Shown here: one piece after another, positions 11,540 through 19,769 of the stretch | How positions within the stretch are numbered: the first letter of the stretch is position 1 | Layout of the letters: the number at the start of each line of letters is the position of its first letter | Assembly (NCBI GenBank): GCA_028286685.1 | Contig: JAQBRA010000002.1 | Coordinates: forward strand, 65,073-129,072 | DNA length: 64,000 nt | Reading direction: 5' to 3' | Origin: Candidatus Adlerbacteria bacterium | Lineage (GTDB): Bacteria > Patescibacteriota > Minisyncoccia > Phycocordibacterales > SBAW01 | Position numbers and translations under genes: made by a program | Notes under the pieces: model-generated | Databases searched by the model: none | What the model saw: only the letters and a program-made list of their open reading frames with translations | Told to the model about the DNA's origin: nothing

Positions 11540-12664
11540 TTAGCTATGGTGCGAATGGCTGTGGCCCGCATGCGCGGCAGGCGCCCTGCCATGGAGCATC
11601 CAGACCGCTAGCGCGGTGGTGAGCGGCACCGCGAGTATGAGCCCGGTCGAGCCTACCAAGGTGCGCAATAGTTCGGTTGCAAAAAGCTCCTGGTTGATCG
11701 TTATCCAGATGCTCTGCGTCGACGTGAGCTTGAAAAGGAGGAGCAGCGGCAGATAGGCGCCGACGTACGCTATCGCCAGCGTATTGACCAGGGCGCCGAT
11801 ATGCTCGCGCCCGATGCGCAGGGCGCGCTTGAAAATATGGGCGCGCGACGCGTCCCGATTCATGCCCAAAAGCTCCTCGACCGCGATGGCTTGACTTATC
11901 GCCGCATCGTAGAGGATGCCCAAGAGACCGATGACCAGGCCGCCCAAAAGGAGGCCGACGAAATCGATGCCGCCGCGCGTATCGATATTGAGATAGGTTG
12001 CCTCTTCGGAGCTGAAGCCGGAGAGCCTCCCCCAATGCACGGCGATATAGGCCAGGATGCCGGTTACGACCACTGTGGCGAGCATGCCCGCGACTGCGGC
12101 GCTCGTAGTCCGATTGATTCCGTGGGTTATATAGGAGCCCGCGATGATAATGATGCCGGCAACGCCTATGGAAAGTGGGAGCGGCGATATCCCGGAAAGG
12201 ATCCCTGGCAAGAGCACGTAGACTATTAAGCCGATGCTTGCGGCAAGCGCCACGAGTCCGCGCAAGCCCTGCAGCCCGCCGAACGCGAACAGACACACCA
12301 GGAAGAGCCCGGCAAAAAATGCCAGGACCGGCAGGCGGTACGGATCGAGGACTGTATAGCGGTTGGTACCGTCGATCCGATTAACGGTGTGCCGTGCATA
12401 AAAAACCTCGCCCGCCTTAAGCCGCAAATAATCATTATCGAGCGTGAGCACTTGCCCCGCATCCTCGCCCTCGAGTATCTCCGCCCTGATGCTCTGGTAT
12501 ATGCTCGTAGCCCCTATCCCCGGTATGGGGCGCGTATCGTCAGACACCACTTCGACCACCTGCGCCTTAACGATAGTGACCGTATCGGGGACAAGCTCCT
12601 GCGCCTGCGCGGCCGTGGCTTGAAAGGAGAGCGCCAAGAACAGTGCTAGTGCGGCGTATTTCAT
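11540..12664 (-). CDS. YibE/F family membrane protein
   Basis: IGREHIGALVNTLAIAYVGA, ELLRTLVGSTGLILAVPLTT; His-rich tail. Confidence 0.92.
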   Translation of the reverse strand: MKYAALALFLALSFQATAAQAQELVPDTVTIVKAQVVEVVSDDTRPIPGIGATSIYQSIRAEILEGEDAGQVLTLDNDYLRLKAGEVFYARHTVNRIDGTNRYTVLDPYRLPVLAFFAGLFLVCLFAFGGLQGLRGLVALAASIGLIVYVLLPGILSGISPLPLSIGVAGIIIIAGSYITHGINRTTSAAVAGMLATVVVTGILAYIAVHWGRLSGFSSEEATYLNIDTRGGIDFVGLLLGGLVIGLLGILYDAAISQAIAVEELLGMNRDASRAHIFKRALRIGREHIGALVNTLAIAYVGAYLPLLLLFKLTSTQSIWITINQELFATELLRTLVGSTGLILAVPLTTALAVWMLHGRAPAAHAGHSHSHHS

Positions 12665-12740
12665 CGCCCCCACTGTACCACAATCACGCCAGAGGAATGC
12701 ATTCATATATCATTCATTCCCCTGCCTGCATACTCGACAC

Positions 12741-12818
12741 ATATGAGCACGAAGACGTCTCATATGTCCGTCGCTCGCTCGGAACCAAAGCCGCGCTTTT
12801 ATTCACTCACTCGCTAGG
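12741..12818 (+). repeat. dispersed ~77-bp palindromic repeat, copy 1
   Basis: ATATGAG..CTCATAT hairpin plus CCGTCGCTCGCTCGGAA..AAAGC..GCTTT; matches the reverse complement of 59364-59438. Confidence 0.8.
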
Positions 12819-12820
12819 AC

Positions 12821-13411
12821 ATGGCTACCAAAAAATCAAAACCCAAGGCAAAAACGAAGGCGTCTGCCAGCAGCAAGAAATACGGCACCCTGCACGAGCT
12901 CCTGATACTAAAGCTCCAGAGCCTCTATGACATAGAGCAGGAACTGACCAAGGCGCTCCCCAAGCTCGCCAAAGCGGCAACCAGCTACGAGCTGCGCGAG
13001 GCCTTTGAGATGCACCTGCGCGAGACAGAGGTGCAGGTACGGCGCCTGGAGGAGGCCATGCAGCTTTTGGACGTTAACCCCAGGAAAGAAAAGGTTGCCG
13101 GGATCCGCGGCATTGCAGAGGACGGCAGCTGGGTTGCAGGCCACGTAACTCCGGAGGCGCGCGATGCGGCGCTCATTGCCGCGGCGCAGTATGCCGAGCA
13201 CTACGAGATAGCCGGATACACTTCCGCGCGCGAGTGGGCGGCCATGATGGACCACCAGGGCGTTACCGATCTTCTGGACGCGACGCTTATCGAGGAAAAG
13301 AACGCCAGCAGCAAGCTGGCTGAGCTGGCGCACAATGGCATAAACCAGCGCGCCGGCGGCATCCCCATGGAAGACGCACCGGTTGAAGAGGAAGAGATAG
13401 CACTGATGTAG
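12821..13411 (+). CDS. ferritin-like DUF892 (YciE/YciF family) protein
   Basis: LYDIEQELTKALPKL, HLRETEVQVRRLE, DAALIAAAQYAEHYEIAGY. Confidence 0.93.
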   Translation: MATKKSKPKAKTKASASSKKYGTLHELLILKLQSLYDIEQELTKALPKLAKAATSYELREAFEMHLRETEVQVRRLEEAMQLLDVNPRKEKVAGIRGIAEDGSWVAGHVTPEARDAALIAAAQYAEHYEIAGYTSAREWAAMMDHQGVTDLLDATLIEEKNASSKLAELAHNGINQRAGGIPMEDAPVEEEEIALM

Positions 13412-13415
13412 CCCG

Positions 13416-14981
13416 CTAGTCGAGCTCAGGCTCTACCAGGCCTAAACGGATCAGGCGCGCCTGTATCGAGCCTTTCTGTCGGCCGAACTCTTTAACAAGT
13501 GCCGCTACCGACTTGCCCTCGCGGAACATTTCAGTGAGCTTGTCATCATCCTCGCGGCTCCACGGGCGGTACGCGTTGGGGAATTTTGCGCGCAATTTAT
13601 CGAGCTTACTGCCGTTCTCTTCTTTGTCTTTCCGGGCCGCTTCCTTTTCTTCCTGAACTACTTCGGGCTCGCGGCCTCCGGATGCTTTTATAAAATTCTT
13701 CTGGAGCACCGAGAGGTCTTCGGGCGGCAGTTTGCCAAATATATCTTCGGCCCCAAGCGACGCCGAGCGGAAGGCCGCGTCGCGCTCCAGAATTTCCGGA
13801 TGCACGCGCAGCGCCTGCTCGTTAAAGCCCAAAAGAAAAAGCCCTTCGAGCGTGCGCACGCGCGAAAGCGCTACGTAGCCCTGCCCGTACTCAAACGCGC
13901 CCGAGAGGTCCATAACCGCGGCATCGAGGCTCATTCCCTGGCTCTTGTGGACCGTCATGGCCCACGCCAGGCGCAGCGGCACCTGGGTAATCTGGGCCAG
14001 GACGCGCTTGCCGTCCTCTATGCGCCACTCCTCCTGGTCAGCCTCTATAAGCGCCCCTTGGCGAGTACGCACCAGAGGCCAGCCCGCAGGGCTCCAGGCC
14101 TCTACAACGCCCAGCGTGCCGTTAACGTAGCCATGCTCGTAGTTGTTGCGGGTAAACATGACCGCGGCCCCTACCTTAAGCACCAAAGTCTCGGGCGAGA
14201 GGCATCCGCGCTTAAGGGCCTCGACCAAAGTGGTAGAGCCCGAGGTGCGCATAGGAAAGGTGTGCACGGCGCCCTCAATCTGGCCCAGCGCGTCGGTGTT
14301 GATGCGGTCGACGTCGAGGTTGTGCGGATACAGCCGGGTGGCATTTTTAGGCGCGCCGTTCTTCTGGTAGCGGCTGCGCAAAAGCTCGCGATGCTCGTCT
14401 TCGAGTTCGCCCGAGCGCAGAGCCCCGAGCAATTGCAAAAACAAGCCGTCGTCTTGGCGGTGCTGCTCGTGCAAGTAACACACTAAAGGGTTAGCATCCT
14501 CCCAGGCAGTGGAAGCAAAGGCAAACTGCGATCGCTGATTTTTAGAAACAGGCGGCAACTGGAAAAAGTCTCCGACAAATACGACCTGCAGGCCGCCAAA
14601 CGGGCGATCCGAGCCGCGCAGGCTCGAGAGAGCGCGGTCGACCAAGCTCAGGAGCTTGGCATCGAGCATCGATACCTCGTCGATAATAAGCACGTGGGCG
14701 CCGCGTACGCGGCGCACCAGGGGCTCGCGTTCCAAGAGCGCCTCTATGTCCCAATCAGTCAATTCTTGCTTAATGCCCACCCCGCTCCAAGCGTGTATCG
14801 TCATGCCTCCCACGTGGGTAGCCGCAATGCCGGTCGAGGCAGTAATGGCAGGCTCGATCCCCCGCTCGCGCAGCCACTCCACGTAGCGGTTGATAACGTA
14901 CGTCTTGCCCGCGCCGGGCTCTCCGGTAAGGAATACGTTCGCTCCTGTTTTTAAGATTGTAAGGGCTTGTTCTTGAGTCAT
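13416..14981 (-). CDS. PIF1-family (SF1B) DNA helicase
   Basis: GEPGAGKT, TASTGIAA, IIDEVSML, GDFFQLPPV, AMTVHKSQGMSLD, YVALSR; Myb-like C-terminal PWSREDD..FGRQKGSIQARL. Confidence 0.95.
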   Translation of the reverse strand: MTQEQALTILKTGANVFLTGEPGAGKTYVINRYVEWLRERGIEPAITASTGIAATHVGGMTIHAWSGVGIKQELTDWDIEALLEREPLVRRVRGAHVLIIDEVSMLDAKLLSLVDRALSSLRGSDRPFGGLQVVFVGDFFQLPPVSKNQRSQFAFASTAWEDANPLVCYLHEQHRQDDGLFLQLLGALRSGELEDEHRELLRSRYQKNGAPKNATRLYPHNLDVDRINTDALGQIEGAVHTFPMRTSGSTTLVEALKRGCLSPETLVLKVGAAVMFTRNNYEHGYVNGTLGVVEAWSPAGWPLVRTRQGALIEADQEEWRIEDGKRVLAQITQVPLRLAWAMTVHKSQGMSLDAAVMDLSGAFEYGQGYVALSRVRTLEGLFLLGFNEQALRVHPEILERDAAFRSASLGAEDIFGKLPPEDLSVLQKNFIKASGGREPEVVQEEKEAARKDKEENGSKLDKLRAKFPNAYRPWSREDDDKLTEMFREGKSVAALVKEFGRQKGSIQARLIRLGLVEPELD

Positions 14982-14988
14982 AGGCTGC

Positions 14989-15237
14989 GCAAAATCAGAT
15001 TTTTAGGAGTACGTATAATTTTTTGCTAAAAATTTACTCAGTCTCGGCGCCAGTCGCGCCTGCGAAGCCTCCTAAAACTCTATTTTGCTCCGCTACGGCA
15101 AACTTCGCTTGGCGAAGTTTGCCCGGTCTCTGTAAAACCAAGCTTGCCGGAGTGTCTGTAGATTCGACGGAATCGAGGTTAGGGAATTTTTAGCAAAAAA
15201 TTCCCGCACTCCGGCAAGCTTGGTTTTTATGGAGACC
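14989..15237. repeat. composite nested inverted-repeat element (REP/MITE-like)
   Basis: Perfect 21-bp IR 15134-15154/15207-15227, 12-bp hairpin 15097-15123, 18-bp IR 15017-15034/15185-15202. Confidence 0.8.
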
Positions 15238-15246
15238 TTCTGTTTT

Positions 15247-15633
15247 TTATTTCTCTCCTTCCCCAAACTCCAGGCACACCGAGTTCATACAGTAGCGCTG
15301 GCCGGTTACCGTGGGCCCGTCGTCAAACAGGTGTCCCAGGTGGCTGCCGCACTGGGCGCACACCACCTCGGTACGCGCCATGCCCGCACTCTTGTCCGCT
15401 ATCTCTTTGACCGCGCCCGGGAGCGCCTGGTCAAAGCTGGGCCACCCAGTACCGGAGTCAAACTTGGCATTGGACGGAAAGAGCGGGTTGCCGCAGGCCG
15501 CGCACTTAAACATACCATCACGCTCCTCATGCAGCAGCGCTCCAGTAAAGGGCGCCTCGGTCCCCTTCTCTCTTAGTACTTTATATTGCTCGGGAGTGAG
15601 CTTTTTCTTCCATTCCGCTTCGCTGTTGGGCAT
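15247..15633 (-). CDS. msrB: peptide-methionine (R)-S-oxide reductase MsrB
   Basis: [45 protein letters not shown]. Confidence 0.97.
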   Translation of the reverse strand: MPNSEAEWKKKLTPEQYKVLREKGTEAPFTGALLHEERDGMFKCAACGNPLFPSNAKFDSGTGWPSFDQALPGAVKEIADKSAGMARTEVVCAQCGSHLGHLFDDGPTVTGQRYCMNSVCLEFGEGEK

Positions 15634-15652
15634 ATGCAGTATTTTTATGCGG

Positions 15653-16324
15653 CTAATTCCACTCCTCTTCCAGCGGAGTAACCTCCTCCATGTTTGCGGC
15701 GCCCGCCGGAATAATGCAGAGCACGCGGCCCGCAATCTTAAAGTCGCCGCGCAGGATGATCGGCTTGTACTTGGGGTCCTTATTCTCCGGGTAAAGGATA
15801 GTTACTCCGTCGCGGCGCTCGAGCCGCTTTACCGTTACCATGTCGCCCACAATGGCCGCCACGCGGTCCCCGTTCTTAACATTGTCGGTAAACTGCACCA
15901 AAATGTAGTCGCCGCTGTTGACCCCGGCGTCGAGCATGCTGTCGCCCACGGCGCGCACCGCCACGATGTCGCCGTTTTCCTCGACGATCTTCTTATCAAC
16001 CTGGAGAAATTCGTCGTACTGCTCCTGGGCAAAGACCGACAAGTCGTCGCAGCCTACATTGGCCACCACCGGTATGGACACCAGGGTTTCAGTGCGGCCG
16101 TAAGCGTCTATGGGGCGCAGCTCGATATTGCGGCGTGCAAACTTGCGGCGCGCCAGGTAGCCCTTGCGCTCGAGAATTTCGAGGTACTGCGCCACCGTGC
16201 GGATGGACTTAAAGCCCAAGTTCTTCCGCAGCTCGTCTATGGTAGGCGGTTCGCCTTTAGCCTGTATGTAGAGCGATATGTTCTCCAATACGCGCTTCTG
16301 CTTGCCAGTGAGAGTGCTGTCCAT
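15653..16324 (-). CDS. lexA: LexA repressor
   Basis: N-terminal wHTH ([15 protein letters not shown]) and S24 peptidase GDSM..TVKR; cleavage region VGCD rather than canonical AG. Confidence 0.88.
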   Translation of the reverse strand: MDSTLTGKQKRVLENISLYIQAKGEPPTIDELRKNLGFKSIRTVAQYLEILERKGYLARRKFARRNIELRPIDAYGRTETLVSIPVVANVGCDDLSVFAQEQYDEFLQVDKKIVEENGDIVAVRAVGDSMLDAGVNSGDYILVQFTDNVKNGDRVAAIVGDMVTVKRLERRDGVTILYPENKDPKYKPIILRGDFKIAGRVLCIIPAGAANMEEVTPLEEEWN

Positions 16325-16440
16325 ACTTGTGTATATCTAAGCTGCTAATATACACATTGTAGCACAATTTGTGCATTCAAAAACAAGAAATACACAAGTT
16401 CTTGGGGATAATACACTCGGAAACAAGCGTTGCCGCGAGT

Positions 16441-16788
16441 CTAGAGCTGTTCCCCTGGTGCGATGATTTCGACAGCATCCTCTGCTACCGGAGCGGGCAC
16501 AGGAGCCTGCGTGCGGCCCATAACGCGGCCGATGATATAAAGTACGAGCCCCACTGCCGCCACCAGACCGCCGACCGGCACCGAGAAGAGAGCGAGCCAT
16601 CCGGTCATCGCCATCATGCCCAAAAGGCCGCCGAAATCGATTCCCCCGATAAGGCACGGGTACGCAGCCGCCTCGCTAAGTTGGCAGCCGTTGGCAACGG
16701 CCATCACAATCGCGATAAGCAAAACTATAACCGGAACGACTGCAAAAATAACGCCTCCTATAAGGGCCCAAAATCCAAGTTTACGCAT
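16441..16788 (-). CDS. hypothetical membrane protein
   Basis: Hydrophobic helices flanking GC-x7-PC loop; TATACT 6 nt upstream. Confidence 0.75.
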   Translation of the reverse strand: MRKLGFWALIGGVIFAVVPVIVLLIAIVMAVANGCQLSEAAAYPCLIGGIDFGGLLGMMAMTGWLALFSVPVGGLVAAVGLVLYIIGRVMGRTQAPVPAPVAEDAVEIIAPGEQL

Positions 16789-16803
16789 GCAAATAGTATA
16801 TCG

Positions 16804-17073
16804 CTAAATGAGTAAAAGTATCGCCGCCGCCAAACAGCTTAAGATTGCCGCCAGCCGCACCGACGAGAGCGAGCGGTGGATGCCGTAGGCCATCCACACG
16901 ACGTTGTTGCCCAAAATGAGCCACAGCGTAAGCGGCGAGAGGTTGTTTTGTACGCCCCAGGCAAGTATCACGAATATCTGCGGGTACAGGGCCAGGCCCG
17001 CAACCGCGCCGTTAACGACGGCCAGCTTGTCTATAAAGTGATGGTGGCCGCGCGGGGCAAGGACATGGGTCAT
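16804..17073 (-). CDS. SemiSWEET/PQ-loop-like small membrane protein
   Basis: Three TM segments, LYPQI motif, VVWMAYGI. Confidence 0.65.
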   Translation of the reverse strand: MTHVLAPRGHHHFIDKLAVVNGAVAGLALYPQIFVILAWGVQNNLSPLTLWLILGNNVVWMAYGIHRSLSSVRLAAILSCLAAAILLLI

Positions 17074-17100
17074 ATGCCCCTAGTATAAGGCCGGAATTTC

Positions 17101-17472
17101 TTAGCCGACCACTACCTTAAAGCCGCCGTAGGCCATGCGCTTCATATCAAACGGCATCGCCTGAGGCTTGGCGTCGGCGTACTTCTCGCCGAAGTGGGCC
17201 ATCACCTTCTTGTTGACCTGGTTGCGGTGCGTCTTGGAGCTAAAGGTGATGTAGGAAAACCACACCTGCTCGCCCGGCTTGGCCTTAATCATTTTGCCGA
17301 AAGGGGCAACGATGTCCTTGGGGTTTGCGTCCTCGATAACGCACTCCTTGTAATCGAGCGCGCCGAACTTAAGCCACGCCTCGCGGCCCTCGGTGGCCAT
17401 CTTCTTATAAGCAGCCGCCTTGGCCTTCGGAACGACCAGAACAAACCCGTCTACGTATGTTGCTTTTTCCAT
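17101..17472 (-). CDS. DUF1428 (YbaA-like) protein
   Basis: YVDGFVLVVP, GALDYKEC, MPFDMKRMAYGGFKVVV. Confidence 0.93.
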   Translation of the reverse strand: MEKATYVDGFVLVVPKAKAAAYKKMATEGREAWLKFGALDYKECVIEDANPKDIVAPFGKMIKAKPGEQVWFSYITFSSKTHRNQVNKKVMAHFGEKYADAKPQAMPFDMKRMAYGGFKVVVG

Positions 17473-17489
17473 ATAAATTCCAGTATAGC

Positions 17490-17927
17490 TTACGCCTGGG
17501 CAGCGGGAGCGTCCGGAGTAGCCGGGGCTTGCGAAGCGTCGCCGTACATTATTTCCCAGACGTGGCTGTCCAGGTCGGTAAACGAGCGGGCGTACATCCA
17601 GCCATAATCATCGGCGGGGCGGTACTCGCGGCCGCCGGCAGCAACCGCCTTGCCGAGCATTTCATCTACCGCAGCGCGGCTCTCCAGCGAGATGCAGGTA
17701 AGCACTTCCTTGACCTTGCCCGCGTCGGCCTGCTCGTGGGCCGGGATAAAGCCCTTGAAGAACGGCTCGGTAACGAGCATGACATAGATGCTCCCCTCTT
17801 CGACTACCAGGCAGCCGGCCTGCTCGTTGGTAAACTGCGGATTAAAGGCAAAGCCCAGGGCCTTAAAAAACTCCATCGAGCGCGGCAGGTCCAGAACCGG
17901 CAGGTTTACGAATATTTGCTTTTGCAT
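17490..17927 (-). CDS. VOC/glyoxalase family protein
   Basis: IFVNLPVLDL..FFKALGF, MYARSFTDLDSHVWE. Confidence 0.92.
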   Translation of the reverse strand: MQKQIFVNLPVLDLPRSMEFFKALGFAFNPQFTNEQAGCLVVEEGSIYVMLVTEPFFKGFIPAHEQADAGKVKEVLTCISLESRAAVDEMLGKAVAAGGREYRPADDYGWMYARSFTDLDSHVWEIMYGDASQAPATPDAPAAQA

Positions 17928-17989
17928 ATGCAGATAGTATAGCAAAAGGGCCAAATTGCCTCCAGCGCCACTTGCTCAGCAGTTAGAGC

Positions 17990-19519
17990 TTAAACCCCGG
18001 ACGCCACGCCCCTAAAATGCTTCCATATCTCGTACATCGCCAAGGTATCGAGCTTGCAGTACTCGAGCATGTCCTTTTGCTTCTGCTCGGCCTCCTCGCC
18101 CTCAATTAGCGCGCGGGTCAGCTGGCGGTAGCCCTCTATGGCGTCGGTCCCGCTCTTAACCGGCAGCTCTTTGTACGACAAGCTCGGCACCAAGACGGGC
18201 AGCACCTTCTTGATAGAGGCACGGCCCATAAAGCCCGGGTGCACGTAGTGCTGGTGCTCCACAATATCCATAAGGTCGTAGGTGCGCTCCACCACGTTTA
18301 AGAAAAAGTCCTTATGCTCAGGCATCAGCGCGGCCATCTCCTTGTTGCGGCTGTTTTCAAACGCCTTGGACCACGATATAACCGTGCCCTTGGGGCCGAT
18401 ATGCGACACCAGCGCCTCGGCGATCTTTTCCGCCGGGTCGCCGCCCAATATCAGGTCGCCATAATGCTTAAGCTCGGCATCGGGTGCCTCGAGCACGTGG
18501 AGCGAATATTGAAAGACAATATGCTGGTAGGGCCGGTAGCCGCTAAAGGGCGGGATAGCTGTGGGATACGTCTCGTAGTCCAAAAAGTACAGCGGATACT
18601 CAAGCTTGTTTAGCTCCTCGGCAAGCCCCACCACATCAATGAGAGGCTCTTGCGAGAGATGCACGCGGACCTGGTTGAGCTTCTTTTCCGTAAGCCGGTC
18701 GTCATTCAGCGGCACATCCTTAACGTGCAAGACGCCGGCATGCAGCAGCTCTTCGAGATACTTTTTGCTCAGGCCAATACGGTTAAGGTCGTGGACGCTG
18801 TAGGCCGGCACGTCGGGGTTGATAAAGGCAAAGCTCGTGCAGTGCGCCGAGCGGCCCTTGTAGTAGCACGGGCAATGGCCCTCGGGCTGTACCGCCTGGC
18901 TCAGGTACTCTTGCGCATGCTTCATCTGATGCACCGCATTTTCCTGCGCCACCGCCATCGCCTCGGTCTTGTCCTCGAGTATAAAAAGGTTTGAGAAGTC
19001 CAAGTCGCCCTGGCGCACGTACTGCCTATTGAGCCGGACCAGGTACTTTTTATTGAGCTTAACGCCGCACGCCTCGACCACGTTTGCCTGGAAGGCCAGG
19101 TCGTACTCAAACTGCTCCTCTTTTTTCCTGTCCTTCCTGCCCTCTCCGTCCGCCTCAGACGAGGACATCTTTATCTCGTACAAGTCGTACGCCCCGGCAC
19201 CGGCGTTCCATACCAATACGTCGGTAGCGGCCAAGCAGGTGTCGGTGGCAAATACGGCCTGGAATAGTACCGGGGTCTGCTCGGCAACAAGCTTTTGAGT
19301 CAGCTCCTGGGCGCCCGCGTGGCGCTGCTCGATAAGGTAGCCGCCCGGAAACATCCCGCGCGCCAGCTCCTCGACCTCGTTGCCCATTTGGGCCAAAGCC
19401 TGTTCGAACTCCGATATCTCGTACTGGCTGTGTATGTCGGGCCGTTGGCGGCGCACCCAGGTGTTGTTAGGGCACTCCCTAAACATGATGTATTCGGTCT
19501 TGGAGAGCTTGGAGGCCAT
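17990..19519 (-). CDS. DUF2779-domain protein (N-terminal PD-(D/E)xK-like plus C-terminal RNase H-like domain)
   Basis: D..YEIK..DLAFQ in the N half; YFLDYET, FQYSLH, SIKKVLP, YCKLDTLAM in the C half. Confidence 0.85.
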   Translation of the reverse strand: MASKLSKTEYIMFRECPNNTWVRRQRPDIHSQYEISEFEQALAQMGNEVEELARGMFPGGYLIEQRHAGAQELTQKLVAEQTPVLFQAVFATDTCLAATDVLVWNAGAGAYDLYEIKMSSSEADGEGRKDRKKEEQFEYDLAFQANVVEACGVKLNKKYLVRLNRQYVRQGDLDFSNLFILEDKTEAMAVAQENAVHQMKHAQEYLSQAVQPEGHCPCYYKGRSAHCTSFAFINPDVPAYSVHDLNRIGLSKKYLEELLHAGVLHVKDVPLNDDRLTEKKLNQVRVHLSQEPLIDVVGLAEELNKLEYPLYFLDYETYPTAIPPFSGYRPYQHIVFQYSLHVLEAPDAELKHYGDLILGGDPAEKIAEALVSHIGPKGTVISWSKAFENSRNKEMAALMPEHKDFFLNVVERTYDLMDIVEHQHYVHPGFMGRASIKKVLPVLVPSLSYKELPVKSGTDAIEGYRQLTRALIEGEEAEQKQKDMLEYCKLDTLAMYEIWKHFRGVASGV

Positions 19520-19585
19520 GGGTCTATTGTACGGCCATTAGTGATCCCAAGTGGTACAAAATTGGAACCAGCCTATAATAGGAGA

Positions 19586-19683
19586 GCTTAGCAGGTGACT
19601 ACTCTTTGGACGGGACCTAAAGGCCGAGTTGGGCTAGTACTGCCATTGGGATTAGAACTATATGTATATCCCCTGCCTTGAGC
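19586..19683 (+). ncRNA. candidate ~98-nt structured small RNA (unclassified)
   Basis: TATAAT at 19574-19579; closing stem GCUUA-GCAGG / CCUGC-CU-UGAGC encloses two internal hairpins; no ORF in the track. Confidence 0.45.
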
Positions 19684-19769
19684 GGCCGCCCGGCGAAAAT
19701 ATACCCTTAAAAAGGGCCGTTTTTAGCAGTGGTTTTTAGTGCTACATAGGACTATAATGGGCCCACGTT

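Noticed and set aside
19502-19589. GGAGAGCTT direct repeat at 19502 and 19581 as a target-site duplication
   Set aside because: Only 9 bp, one copy lies inside the DUF2779 coding start, and it does not bracket the island
19586-19683. SRP RNA, 5S rRNA, tRNA or hammerhead identity for the candidate sRNA
   Set aside because: Lacks the SRP helix-8 motif, a TTCGA T loop, 5S consensus and the CUGAnGA/GAAA core
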